Assembly: GCA_963742735.1 (NCBI GenBank)
Contig: CAVUMN010000004.1
Location: forward strand, 320,001 to 384,000
From: an uncultured Actinomycetes bacterium
Lineage (GTDB): Bacteria; Actinomycetota; UBA4738; JBBDTT01
DNA length: 64,000 nt
Reading direction: 5' to 3'
Part shown: piece by piece, positions 20,941 to 31,326 of the stretch
Layout of the letters: each line of letters starts with the position of its first letter
Numbering within the stretch: position 1 is the stretch's first letter
Program-made: the position numbers and the translations under genes
The notes under the pieces: generated by a model
Databases searched by the model: none
Told to the model about the DNA's origin: nothing
Seen by the model: only the letters and a program-made list of their open reading frames with translations

Positions 20941-20962
20941 GGGCACGGTCGATGCTCGATCC

Positions 20963-23401
20963 GTGAGCCGATCCGAGCCCTCGCCGATGCGGGTCACCGA
21001 CGTCGCCAAGCGCCTCCTGCTGGGACGTCCGATGGCCACCGCCCAGCTCGAGCACGAGCGGCTGGGCAAGCCGACCGCCCTCGCCGTCTTCGCCTCCGAC
21101 AACTTCTCCTCGTCGGCGTACGCCACCGAGGAGATCCTGCGCGTCCTGGTCCCGGCCGTCGGCGTCGCGGCGTTCGCCCTGGTGGTGCCGATCTCGATGG
21201 CGCTCCTCGGGGTGCTCGCGATCCTGCTGTTCTCCTACCGCCAGACGATCAAGGCCTATCCCGACGGCGGGCGGCGCCTACATCGTCACGAAGGACAACT
21301 TCGGGCTGCTGACCGCGCAGGTCGCGGGCGTCGCCCTCCTCACCGACTACGTGCTCACCGTATCCGTGTCGGTGGCGGCCGGAGTCCAGGCGCTGTCCTC
21401 GTCCGTCGGGGCCGGTGCACGACTACCGGGTCCTGATCTGCGGTCGCGTTCATCTGGATCATCGCGTGGGGAAACCTCCGTGGGGTCCGGGAGTCGGGCC
21501 GGATCTTCGCGCTGCCCACCTACCTCTTCATCTTCAGCATGCTCGTGCTGCTGGGGACGGGCCTGGTCAAGGCCTTGGCCGGCGGGCTGCAGCCGGTCCC
21601 TCCCCGCGGAGAGCAGACGGGAGCGACCGGGGTGGTCGCGGTGGCCGGCATGGTGCTCGTCCTGCGCGCGTTCGCGTCGGGTGGCGCGGCGGTGACCGGC
21701 GTCGAGGCGATCAGCAACGGCGTGCCGGCGTTCCGCAGGCCCGCGTGGAAGAACGCTCGCACCACTCTGATGTGGATGGGGACCATCCTCGGCACGCTGT
21801 TCATCGGGCTGTCCCTGCTCGCCGCGAAACTGCACATCTTTCCGGTGGAGGACGAGAGCAAGTCGGTCGTGGCCCAGATCGCGGAGGCGGTGTTCGGGAC
21901 CTCGGGACTCGGCAATGCCGCCGTCGTCGTCCTGCTCGCCTCGACGATGCTGATCCTGGTCCTGGCAGCCAACACCTCGTTCGCAGACTTCCCGCGCCTG
22001 GCGAACTTCCACGCGGGCGACAACTTCCTGCCACGCCAGTTCACCAAGCGCGGCCACCGGCTGGTGTTCTCCTCCGGGATCATCTGGCTCGCCGTCGCAT
22101 CGAGCGCCTTGGTCGTGGCGTTCAACGCGAGCGTGACGAACCTGATCCCGCTCTACGCGCTGGGCGTGTTCACCTCCTTCACGCTGTCGCAGGCCGGAAT
22201 GGCCAAACGACATCTCCGTCTGCGGGAGCCGGGGTGGCGAGTGGGCCTCGCGATCAACGGCCTAGGTGCGGTCGTGACGGGGGTCGTGGACGTCGTGATC
22301 GCGATCGTCAAGTTCAAGCCGAAGGGGAGCGTGGGCGGCGCCTGGATGGTCCTGGTCCTGGTCCCGGTGCTCGTGTTCCTGCTCGTGCGGATGAACCACC
22401 AGTACGAGGCGGAGGACCGAGAGCTGACGGACGGGCTCGATCGAGCCGAGGACCTCCCGCCGAGGATCCATCGGCTGGCGGTGCTCGTGGACCGGATCGA
22501 CGAGAAGACCATGCACGCGGTCCAGTACGCGCTCACCGTGGCGCCGCGTTCCCTGGACCTGCTCCACATCTCCACGGACTCACAGGCGACGGCGGAGCTC
22601 GTCCGGGCCTGGACGGCGAGGGGGCCGCGCCGCCAGCTCCTGGTGCGTCCGTGTGCGCAGGATCGCCGGACCTGCATCGCCGGCTACGCGCGCGAGGTGG
22701 TCGCCAGGGGTGAGGCGCTGACGTTCGTGGTCCCGGGACCGGCGCGGCTCTCGTGGTGGGAGCGGGTCCGCCACGGGCGAACCGGAGACGACGTTCGGGA
22801 GGCCGTGGGAGATCTCCCCGGCGTCATCGTCGTCGTGATCCGCGAACACGGCGGCAGCGGTCACCAGGCGCTCGGCCCGGACGGGAAGGTCCGTGTATCG
22901 CCCCGGCCCCACCACGCGGTTGCGGTCTTCGTCGACCGACTCGATCGCTCCACCCTGTTGGCCCTCCGGTACGCGCGATCGCTCAACCCCGACGACGTCA
23001 TGGCCTACCACGTCGGCGTCGACCCCGAGCGAGCGGCGCGTCTCCTGGAGTCCTGGCCTGCAGTTGGCGGGCGCAACGGGATCCCCCTGCAGGCGGTGCA
23101 CTGCCCGGACCGCAACATCGGCCGCGCGGCCGTGGACATCGTCACGGATCTCGAGGGGCCGGGCACCGAGGTCACCGTCGTCCTGCCTCGGCGCATCACC
23201 ACCCGGCTGTGGCACCGCCTTCTGCACGACCGCACCGGGCGCACCCTGGCTCGAGCCCTGTCGGGGCGGCCCCACGTGGACGTGGTGACGGTCCCATATC
23301 GGCTCGGGACTGCGAGGCCCACCCGGATGGCCGATCCGCCGGGCCCGTCAGCCGAAACCCCCGGGGTGCGCGAGCCCGCGGGTTCCGCAGGCCGCGCGTA
23401 G
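20963..23401 (+). CDS. Second KimA/YdaO-like APC K+ transporter with two C-terminal domains (frameshifts near 21275 and 21410-21450)
   Basis: FASDNFSSSAYATEE, SYRQTIKAYP, VTGVEAISNG, AANTSFADFPRL, LWHRLLHD, VPYRL. Confidence 0.88.
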
Positions 23402-23411
23402 ACTTCGAATC

Positions 23412-24071
23412 GTGCACGTCGTCATCATGGGATGCGGCCGCGTCGGCGCGGAGCTCACCGTCCAGCTGTCGAAGGGCGGCCACAGTGTGGCGATCGTCGA
23501 CAAGCGGGCGACGGCGTTCGACCGCCTCCCCCCGGGGTTCGAGGCCCGCACCATCGTCGGCCTCGGCTTCGACCGGGAGACCCTCGAGGAGGCCGGAATC
23601 AAGGAGGCTGACGCGTTCGTCGCGGTCTCGAACGGCGACAACTCCAACATCGTCTCCGCGCGGATCGCCCGCGAGCACTACCACGTGCCCAAGGTCGTGG
23701 CTCGGATCTACGACCCCCGGCGCGCCGAGATCTACGAGCGCTTGAACATCCCGACGATCGCCACCGTCCGGTGGGCGGCCCGGCAGATCCAGTTCTTGCT
23801 GTTCCACGGCAAGGAGGAGCTGAAGGACTCCCTCGCGGGCGGCAACGTGTTCCTGCTGAGGATCGAGGTTCCCACGCACCTGGTCGGCAAGCCCGTCTCG
23901 AGCATCGGCGAAGAGGGGCAGATCGTGGTGGCCGGCATCGACCGCGGCGGGGCGGGGTTCATCCCCAAGTCCGACAGCACCTTCCAGGAAGGTGACGTGA
24001 TGGACATCGTCGTGACCAAGGAATCGATGGACAAGCTCGACACCCAGCTCGAGCCCCTGGCGGAGCACTAG
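23412..24071 (+). CDS. trkA: TrkA-family RCK K+-uptake regulatory subunit (CeoB-like)
   Basis: MHVVIMGCGRVG, GDNSNIVSAR, VVARIYDPRRAEIYERL. Confidence 0.92.
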   Translation: MHVVIMGCGRVGAELTVQLSKGGHSVAIVDKRATAFDRLPPGFEARTIVGLGFDRETLEEAGIKEADAFVAVSNGDNSNIVSARIAREHYHVPKVVARIYDPRRAEIYERLNIPTIATVRWAARQIQFLLFHGKEELKDSLAGGNVFLLRIEVPTHLVGKPVSSIGEEGQIVVAGIDRGGAGFIPKSDSTFQEGDVMDIVVTKESMDKLDTQLEPLAEH

Positions 24072-24740
24072 TGAAGGTCGTCATCGCCGGGGGGGGCAAC
24101 GTCGGCCGGCACCTCTCGACCGACCTGGCCGAGCGCGGCCACGAGGTCACCCTGATCGAGCAGGACACCGCCGTCGATCGAGAAGGCCAAGCCCGACATC
24201 GGCGACGAGGTCACGATCATCCTCGGCGATGCGTGCGAGCCGTGGGTGCTGGAGAGCGCGACGTGCGACACCGCGGACGTGGTCGTCGCCGCCACCGGTG
24301 ACGACGAGGACAACCTGGTGATCTCGCTGCTGGCCAAGCAGGAGTACGCAGTCCCCCGCGTGGTCGCTCGCGTGAACCACCCGAAGAACGAGTGGCTGTT
24401 CACCGAGACGTGGGGAGTGGACGCGGCGGTGAGCCCGCCGCACGTCCTGACCGCGCTCGTCGAGGAGGCCGTGACGGTCGGCGACCTGGTCCGCCTGATG
24501 CGACTGGAGGGTGGCCAGGTCTCGCTCGTCGAGCTCACCCTCGGGCCCGACTCACCGAACGCCGGCAAGCCCCTGTACGAGCTCCGGCTCCCGGCGGACT
24601 CGGCGGTCGTCGCGATCGTCCGTCAGGGCCACGTCGTCATCCCCCAGCCCGAGACGCAGCTGGTGGGCGGCGACGAGATCATGGCGATCAGCTCGGTGGA
24701 GTCCGAGGCCGCTCTGCGACAGGCCATCCGCGGCGAGTAG
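24071..24740 (+). CDS. trkA: Second TrkA-family subunit (CeoC-like; frameshift near 24178)
   Basis: KVVIAGGGNVG, GDACEP, TGDDEDNLVISLLAK, RVNHPKNEWLF..WGVD. Confidence 0.88.
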
Positions 24741-24745
24741 TCCCG

Positions 24746-25123
24746 CTAGGCGAACTCGTACCTCGGGTTCACGACCTTCAGGCCCTCGCGCGTCTTGCCC
24801 ACCACGCCCTCGAGGATCAGCCGCGTCCCCAGCACGAGGCCGGGGATCGAGGCCCGGCCCATCCACGTCGCAGTGACCTCCCCCGTCCCGTCGGAGACCA
24901 CGGCCTCGATGGCCTGCTTGCCTTCGGTGGGGATGACCGTGATGCGGTTGACGATGCCGGCGACCCGGACCGGCTTGCGCAACGGGACCTCGGCCAGGCG
25001 CTCGGTCCCCGGGACGTGGCTGGCCCAGTCGAGCGTCTCGTCGGCCAGGCGCTCCTCGTCGGACTCGGAGAGCCTGCGGCCGAACCGGCGGAACCAACCG
25101 CCGATCCGGCCGATCAGACCCAC
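24746..25123 (-). CDS. OB-fold nucleic-acid-binding domain protein (typical trkA neighbour in actinobacteria)
   Basis: EAVVSDGTGEVTATWMGRASIPG..NPRYE; convergent with the trkA pair. Confidence 0.8.
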   Translation of the reverse strand: MGLIGRIGGWFRRFGRRLSESDEERLADETLDWASHVPGTERLAEVPLRKPVRVAGIVNRITVIPTEGKQAIEAVVSDGTGEVTATWMGRASIPGLVLGTRLILEGVVGKTREGLKVVNPRYEFA

Positions 25124-25131
25124 GTCGATCT

Positions 25132-27555
25132 CTAGCGAGGGCCGCGCCGGGCCGCGGGCTTGCGGGCCGGCGCCTTCTTGGCGACGACCTTCTTCGCCGG
25201 GGCCACCTTCGCGGTCGCCTTCTTCGCCCGGGCCCGTGGAAGCGGGATGTCCTTCGCCTCTGCCTGGACCGCCTCGCCGACGGAGGGCTCCTCCGCCGCC
25301 TGGATCTCCTCGACCATGAGCTCGCTCTTCCGCGACTTCGAGACGTAGATGGCCCCGGCCAGGATCGCCACGCCGCCCGCGGCGATCGACAGACGGCCGC
25401 CGGTGTTGGACGCCATGCTGACGACGACCGGCGCGATCAGCAGGGCCACCAGGTTCATGACCTTGATCAGCGGGTTGAGGGCGGGGCCGGCCGTGTCCTT
25501 GAACGGGTCGCCGACCGTGTCGCCGATGACCGTCGCCTTGTGCGACTCCGAGCCCTTGCCGCCGTAGTTGCCCTCCTCGACGAGCTTCTTGGCGTTGTCC
25601 CACGCGCCGCCCGCGTTCGAGAGCATGACCGCGAGGAGCTGGCCGGTCAGGATCGACCCGGCCAGGAACGCGCCCAGGGCCTCGGCCTTCAGCGCGAACC
25701 CGACGACCACGGGTGTGAGGACCGCGAGCAGGCCCGGCGTCATCAGCTCGCGGAGCGAGGTCCGCGTGCAGATGTCCACCACCCGGCCGTAGTCCGGCTT
25801 CTCCTCGTAGGTCATGATCCCGGGGTGGTCCCGGAACTGGTTGCGGACCTCGACGACGACCTGCGAGGCCGCGCGGCCCACCGCCCGGATCGCGAGCGAC
25901 GCGAACAGGAACGCCACCGCCCCGCCGATGAGCAGGCCGACCAGGACGTCCGGTGAGTCGACCCGGATGCCCTGGAAGTCGAAGCCCTCCCCGATGAGCG
26001 CCTCCCGGAACGAGCCGAACAGCGACGTCGCCGCGATGACCGCCGTCGCGATGGCCATACCCTTGGTGATCGCCTTCGTCGAGTTCCCGACCGCGTCGAG
26101 CGACTGCAGGATCTCCGCGGGCCGTCCCTCGAACTCGCCCGACATCTCCGCGATGCCCTGCGCGTTGTCCGAAACCGGGCCGAACGTGTCCATCGACACG
26201 ATCACGCCGACGGTGGTGAGCATCCCCATGCCGGTCAGCGAGATGAAGTACAGGCGCTCGGCGATCGAGTCGCCCAGCAGGAAGGCGCCCATGATCGCGG
26301 CGCCGATCAGCAGGATCGACCACACGGTCGACTCCAGTCCCACCGAGAACCCGGACAGCACCGTCGTCGCCGCTCCGGTCTGGGAGGACTCGGCCACCTC
26401 GAGGACCGGCTTTCGGGTGGTGGAGGTGAAGTGCTCGGTGAGCAGCTGGATGCCGGTCGCGAGGCCGAGGCCGATCACGACGGCCCAGAACGGCCGCAGG
26501 TCGTCCATGTAGTTCTGCGCCAGGAAGTAGACGCCGATGACGCTGACGATCGTCGAGAGGAAGAACCCCCGGTTGATCGCCTTCATCCCGTGCTCGTTCT
26601 CGCTCCGCGGCGTGACACCGAGGATGCCGATGATCGAGGTGACCACCCCGATGGCCCGGACGAACAGCGGGAACATCACGCCGACGATGGCGCCCTTCGG
26701 CGAGCCGGCGAACGCGGCGGCGCCCAGGATCAGCGACGCCACCAGGGTGACCTCGTAGGACTCGAACAGGTCGGCCGCCATCCCCGCGCAGTCGCCCACG
26801 TTGTCGCCGACGTTGTCCGCGATCGTTGCGGCGTTGCGTGGGTCGTCCTCGGGGATGTTCTTCTCGACCTTGCCGACCAGGTCCGCCCCGACGTCGGCGG
26901 CCTTGGTGAAGATGCCGCCGCCGACCCGCATGAACATCGCGAGCAGCGCGCCGCCGAACCCGAACCCGACCAGCACCGACGTGGCCGCCTGCTTGTAGAT
27001 GAGCAGGATCACCGTCGCTCCGAGCAGGCCCAGGCCGACCGTGAACATGCCGGCCACGCCGCCCGCGCGGAACGCGATGCGCATCGCCTTGCGGAGCCCG
27101 CTCTCACGGGCCGCGTTGGCCGTCCGGACGTTGGCGCGGACGGCGAGCCACATCCCCGCGAAACCGGTGAGCGCCGAGAACCCGGCGCCGAGGATGAACG
27201 CGATCGAGCGGCCCAGGCGGATCGACGTCTCCGAGTACGCGATGCCTCCCGCCTCGTTGAGGATGTCGTGCGCCGGCAGCAGCGGATAGATGACGATCGT
27301 GAGGATCCCGAGGAACAGGCCCACGGTTCGGAACTGCCGGTTGAGGTACGCGCGGCTGCCCACCTGGATCGCCTCGGCGATCTCGCGCATCTTCGGCGTC
27401 CCCTCCGGCGCGGCGAGAACCTCGCGTCGAAGGTAGGCGGCGAAGATCAGGGCGACGATCGAGATCGCGAGGATGATCCAGAGCGAGTTCGTCTCGAATG
27501 AGCCGAAGACGGCCTCGATCGGCCCACCCTCCTGGGCCAGGTAGTGCATGGTCAT
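25132..27555 (-). CDS. hppA: Membrane-bound cation-translocating pyrophosphatase, K+-independent type
   Basis: [52 protein letters not shown]; RBS GAGGAGG. Confidence 0.95.
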   Translation of the reverse strand: MTMHYLAQEGGPIEAVFGSFETNSLWIILAISIVALIFAAYLRREVLAAPEGTPKMREIAEAIQVGSRAYLNRQFRTVGLFLGILTIVIYPLLPAHDILNEAGGIAYSETSIRLGRSIAFILGAGFSALTGFAGMWLAVRANVRTANAARESGLRKAMRIAFRAGGVAGMFTVGLGLLGATVILLIYKQAATSVLVGFGFGGALLAMFMRVGGGIFTKAADVGADLVGKVEKNIPEDDPRNAATIADNVGDNVGDCAGMAADLFESYEVTLVASLILGAAAFAGSPKGAIVGVMFPLFVRAIGVVTSIIGILGVTPRSENEHGMKAINRGFFLSTIVSVIGVYFLAQNYMDDLRPFWAVVIGLGLATGIQLLTEHFTSTTRKPVLEVAESSQTGAATTVLSGFSVGLESTVWSILLIGAAIMGAFLLGDSIAERLYFISLTGMGMLTTVGVIVSMDTFGPVSDNAQGIAEMSGEFEGRPAEILQSLDAVGNSTKAITKGMAIATAVIAATSLFGSFREALIGEGFDFQGIRVDSPDVLVGLLIGGAVAFLFASLAIRAVGRAASQVVVEVRNQFRDHPGIMTYEEKPDYGRVVDICTRTSLRELMTPGLLAVLTPVVVGFALKAEALGAFLAGSILTGQLLAVMLSNAGGAWDNAKKLVEEGNYGGKGSESHKATVIGDTVGDPFKDTAGPALNPLIKVMNLVALLIAPVVVSMASNTGGRLSIAAGGVAILAGAIYVSKSRKSELMVEEIQAAEEPSVGEAVQAEAKDIPLPRARAKKATAKVAPAKKVVAKKAPARKPAARRGPR

Positions 27556-27631
27556 TCCTCCTCAGTATCGAGTGGAGTACGCGGTCGGGCGCACGGGATC
27601 AGGTTCAGGAGCCCCGCAGGGCCGACGGATT

Positions 27632-28798
27632 CTAGCGTTCCCGGGCCGGCGCGTTCGATTCGCCGCGGATGAGCCGTTTCAGCAGCGGCGGCGCCAGGAG
27701 CGTGGTGATCAGCGACATCCCGATCACCGCCCCGTACAGGCGGTTGCCGACCACCCCCAGGGACAGTCCGAGGGACGCGACCAGGATCCCCACCTCGCCC
27801 CGCGGCATCATCCCGACGCCCACCAGCAGCGCCGGACGCCGGCCCATGGAGCGGGCTCCCACCAGGCCGCCCCCCACCTTGCCGGCGATGGCCACCAGGG
27901 TGATGAGCACCGTCACCAGCAGCACGGCGGGCTCGGTGAACACCGCCACGTCCAGCCGGGCGCCCGTCAACACGAAGAAAAACGGCGTCAACAGATCGGC
28001 CACCGGCCGCATCTCCCGCACGAGCTTGTACTGCTCGCGCGTCTCGGCCAGGACGATCCCGGCCAGGAAGGCGCCCACGAGCGCCGCCAGGCCGATCGCC
28101 TCGGCGAGGGCCGAGAGGCCCAGGCACAGCGCCAGCGCCAGCAGGAACGGCGATCGCTCGCTGGAGGGGCGCTCGAGCCACCCGCCGTACCGGCGCACCA
28201 CGGCCGGCCCGACGAACGCGAGCAGGGCCACGAACCCGACGGCCTCTCCCACGACCACCGCGACGCGCCCGACCGAGAGGGCCCCCGCGCCTAGGCCGGC
28301 CACCACCGCGAGGATGGCCAGGCCCAGGACGTCGTCGAGCACGGCCGCCCCCAGGATGACGCGGGACTCCGGGCGCCGCAGCGCGCCGAGGTCGCCCAGG
28401 ACCCGCGCGGTGATCCCGACGCTCGTCGCGACCAGCGCCGCTCCGACGAACAGCGACTCGATCGGCTCGTAGCCGAGCAACCGCATGGTTCCCCACCCCG
28501 CCGCGAACGGGAGGACGATGCCGAGCAGGCCGACCGCGGTGGCCGGGCGGGCCACCGAACGGAACTCGAACAGGTCCGTCTCGAGGCCGACCGTGAACAG
28601 CAGCACGATCACGCCGATCTCGGCGAAAGCGCTCTGCGCCTCTCCCACGTGGATCCAGCCCAGCAGAGAGGGCCCCAGGAGGATCCCCGCGAGGAGCTCT
28701 CCCACGACCGCCGGCTGGCCGATCCGCTCGAAGACCTCGCCGACCAGCCGGGCGGCCGCGTACATCAGGAAGAGCTCGAGGATGATGTTCTCGTCCAC
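27632..28798 (-). CDS. Cation:proton antiporter (CPA2/NapA-like)
   Basis: QPAVVGELLAG, ATSVGIT, AAVLDDVLG, GMMPRGEVG; about 12 TM segments. Confidence 0.9.
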   Translation of the reverse strand: MDENIILELFLMYAAARLVGEVFERIGQPAVVGELLAGILLGPSLLGWIHVGEAQSAFAEIGVIVLLFTVGLETDLFEFRSVARPATAVGLLGIVLPFAAGWGTMRLLGYEPIESLFVGAALVATSVGITARVLGDLGALRRPESRVILGAAVLDDVLGLAILAVVAGLGAGALSVGRVAVVVGEAVGFVALLAFVGPAVVRRYGGWLERPSSERSPFLLALALCLGLSALAEAIGLAALVGAFLAGIVLAETREQYKLVREMRPVADLLTPFFFVLTGARLDVAVFTEPAVLLVTVLITLVAIAGKVGGGLVGARSMGRRPALLVGVGMMPRGEVGILVASLGLSLGVVGNRLYGAVIGMSLITTLLAPPLLKRLIRGESNAPARER

Positions 28799-28800
28799 CT

Positions 28801-28856
28801 CGGCCTTTCGAAACACGAAAGCGCCGGGTGCCGACCAGGCTTCCCGGCGCTCCTTT
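28801..28856 (-). ncRNA. Candidate cis-regulatory RNA (Na+/Li+ riboswitch-like) overlapping a terminator-like hairpin in the antiporter leader
   Basis: Sense sequence GGAGCGCCGGGAAGCCUGGUCGGCA-CCCGGCGCUUUCGUGUUUCG; 9-bp stem AGCGCCGGG/CCCGGCGCU followed by a U-rich tract. Confidence 0.5.
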
Positions 28857-28888
28857 GGGTGCTACCGATTGGTCCTTCGAACGAGAGC

Positions 28889-29323
28889 TTAGTCCGGGTC
28901 GCGGTCAGCCTTGATCGTGAACCGCACGGTCAAGCCGCGCTCGCCGGCAGGACGCATCTCCAGGTCCTCGACCAGGCCGCGCACGATGGGCAGGGACAGG
29001 CCGGTCTCGAAGGAGAACTCCTCCGAGGACGTAGACGACCCTTCGTCGTCGACGGCACCCTGGTCGAACGCCGCCCCCGCGTCGGTGACCTCGACGGTCA
29101 CGCCGCTCTCGTCGCTGGACACTACGACCCGGACCTCCTCGTCGGTGCCTTCGGCGACCTCGCGGGTGACCGCGTTGGTGAGGGCCTCGGAGATGGCGAG
29201 CTTCAAGTCCTCCACCGAGTCGGCGGGGATCTCGACGAGCCGGCCGAGCGCGCTGAGGACCTGCCGGATCGCGCCGACGAACTCCGCCCGCGGGGAAAGG
29301 GAGATCTCGACGGTGTCGGCCAT
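28889..29323 (-). CDS. Anti-sigma factor / Ser kinase (RsbW/ApgA-like)
   Basis: EDLKLAISEALTNAV, VTDAG, GLSLPIVRGLVE; TGATG coupling to the STAS gene. Confidence 0.88.
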   Translation of the reverse strand: MADTVEISLSPRAEFVGAIRQVLSALGRLVEIPADSVEDLKLAISEALTNAVTREVAEGTDEEVRVVVSSDESGVTVEVTDAGAAFDQGAVDDEGSSTSSEEFSFETGLSLPIVRGLVEDLEMRPAGERGLTVRFTIKADRDPD

Positions 29324-29658
29324 CAGGCCGAGACCGCGGCGTCCACCGAGTCGTGGATGGGGAAGACCTTCGACAGCCCCGTGATCTCGAAGATCTTCAG
29401 GATCTTGTCCTGGGTGGCGACGATCTCCAGGGAGCCGTCCTGCGCCTTGACCCGCTTGAGGCCGCCGACCAGCACGCCGAGGCCGGTGGAGTCGAGGAAG
29501 TCGACCTTCGACATGTCCACCAGGATGTTCGTCTTGCCCGCTTCCACGAGGTCGATCAGCGCCTGGCGGAGTCGGGGGGCCGTGTACACGTCGATCTCGC
29601 CGCGGAGCGACACGACGCTCCAGCGGTCCTGCTCCTGGACATCGACTTCCAGATCCAT
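29323..29658 (-). CDS. Anti-sigma factor antagonist, STAS domain (BldG/RsbV-like)
   Basis: [24 protein letters not shown] with the phosphoacceptor Ser, KIFEITGL. Confidence 0.93.
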   Translation of the reverse strand: MDLEVDVQEQDRWSVVSLRGEIDVYTAPRLRQALIDLVEAGKTNILVDMSKVDFLDSTGLGVLVGGLKRVKAQDGSLEIVATQDKILKIFEITGLSKVFPIHDSVDAAVSA

Positions 29659-29743
29659 GGCCCCGTAGTGTATCCAGCCAGGACGTTTGCGAAACTCGGG
29701 GTCGGCTACTAGGGTCCGCCGCTCCATGGGTGGCTCCCCCCAG

Positions 29744-30409
29744 ATGTCTCGTCGAACCATGGCCGCGGTCGTCCTCGCACTGCTTGTGCTGGGCACGCTC
29801 ATTGCGGCCGGCGTGTCGCTGCTCGCCCGTGACACGGACGACCCCGATGGCCCGAACGCCGGCACCGACGAGCACCCCGTGGTCTTCGAGCTGGAGATCA
29901 CCCGCATCGGGCTCCGCTCGGTCGCGGCGAAGCTCTCCCGCAAGCAGGCCGAGCGCGCGGTGGAGGACATCCGCCTCCAGGTCGAGGACCTCCTTCTGGC
30001 CGGGTTCCTCGACCCCGAGCGCTGGAAGGACGGGGAGTTCCCGGACGCGTTCGGCAGCTTCGACGAGGCCGCCGCGGGCCGGGCTCGTGAGGACCTCAAC
30101 GCCCTCACCCTCGGCGCGGCCGCCGGCAAGATGGAGTGGGTCGAGCCGAAGATCGGACGCGCCTCGATCGTGTTCCTGCTCGACGAGGGGAACCGTCCGG
30201 TCACCGCCGTCGCAGGGGTCGTGTTCCGGGCGACGGGTCACTTGAAGGACGGCGGGACCGTCGCCATCGAGTCCGGCGCCGACCTGTTCCTGCGGCCGAT
30301 CGACGGGGTGTGGAAGGTGTTCTCGTACACCGCCTCGACGACGGTGGAGCCGCCCGAGGACGACACCTCGTCCTCGGCCTCGCCCGGGGCGTCGGGGGGC
30401 GGCGGATGA
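29744..30409 (+). CDS. Exported hypothetical protein
   Basis: N-terminal signal/TM segment; ATGA coupling to the LCP gene. Confidence 0.65.
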   Translation: MSRRTMAAVVLALLVLGTLIAAGVSLLARDTDDPDGPNAGTDEHPVVFELEITRIGLRSVAAKLSRKQAERAVEDIRLQVEDLLLAGFLDPERWKDGEFPDAFGSFDEAAAGRAREDLNALTLGAAAGKMEWVEPKIGRASIVFLLDEGNRPVTAVAGVVFRATGHLKDGGTVAIESGADLFLRPIDGVWKVFSYTASTTVEPPEDDTSSSASPGASGGGG

Positions 30410-31314
30410 GGCGCATCCTGGCCCTCTTCGCGCTCGCGATGGTCGTCTCGGTCACGGCGGGGATCGTCCTGCGCCCGGCGGACCGGCCGGCGGCGGCGCA
30501 GACCGGGACGACCGTCGTCGTCCAGCGCGCCAAGGCCTCCTACGCGCAGACCGCATCGGAGGCATCCGTGCTCACGATCCTGGCCATCGGGAGCGACTTC
30601 CGCCCCGGCGGCGACGCGTGCAACTGCGCCGACTCCCTCCACCTGATCACGGTCAACCCCCAGAAGCGCGCGGGGACCATCGTCGGGTTCCCCCGGGACT
30701 CCTACGTGGAGATCCCCGGATTCGGGGTCAACAAGATCAACACGGCCCTGTCCCTGGGCGGCCCGGAGCTGTTGGTCCGGAGCGTCGAACAGCTGACCTC
30801 GATCCCCATCGACTACTACCTGGTCACCGACTTCGAGGGCTTCTCCCGGATGGTGGACGGCATCGGGGGTCTGGAGGTCGTGGTGCCGTACGCCATGAGC
30901 GACCCGTACTCCGGCGCGTACTTCACCCCGGGGAGGCACCGCATGAAGGGCGGCCACGCCCTTTCGTTCGCGCGCAACCGCCACGGCGCCCCGGGGGGCG
31001 ACCTCGGGCGGTCCGAGAACCAGGGGCGGGTCCTGCTCGCCGCCCTCGAGCGGCTGCGCGAGGTCTTCGCGCACGACCCCGCCCAGCTGGTGAGCTGGAT
31101 CGCTCTGGGCGTGAAGCACATGCAGACGAACCTGTCCCTGGGAGAGCTGACCCGCCTCGCCCTGGCCGCGGCCCGCACCCGGCCGTCCTCGATCAAGAAC
31201 CTCGTGGTGCCGGCGACCATCGGCACGGCGGGGGCGGCGAGCGTCGTCTACATCACGCCGGCGGGCTTCGAGCTCTTCCGGGACTTGAAAAACGACGGCA
31301 TCCTCAACTCGTAG
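30406..31314 (+). CDS. LCP (LytR-CpsA-Psr) family glycopolymer transferase
   Basis: ILAIGSD, ADSLHL, FPRDSYV, KINTA, ALSFARNRH, DLGRSENQ. Confidence 0.9.
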   Translation: MRRILALFALAMVVSVTAGIVLRPADRPAAAQTGTTVVVQRAKASYAQTASEASVLTILAIGSDFRPGGDACNCADSLHLITVNPQKRAGTIVGFPRDSYVEIPGFGVNKINTALSLGGPELLVRSVEQLTSIPIDYYLVTDFEGFSRMVDGIGGLEVVVPYAMSDPYSGAYFTPGRHRMKGGHALSFARNRHGAPGGDLGRSENQGRVLLAALERLREVFAHDPAQLVSWIALGVKHMQTNLSLGELTRLALAAARTRPSSIKNLVVPATIGTAGAASVVYITPAGFELFRDLKNDGILNS

Positions 31315-31326
31315 GGTGTCGCGAGC

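Noticed and set aside
20841-20962. c-di-AMP (ydaO) riboswitch before the KimA-like genes
   Set aside because: The spacers are too short and lack the expected conserved motifs; direct repeats explain this region better
24746-26323. 525-aa ORF overlapping hppA, and apparent fusions such as 37157..40243 and 44228..45895
   Set aside because: Only the distal portions are real genes; the upstream parts are off-frame read-through of neighbouring genes
27556-27631. Possible structured RNA in the hppA leader (GUCGG..CCGAC stem)
   Set aside because: Imperfect GC-rich hairpin expected by chance; no recognisable motif
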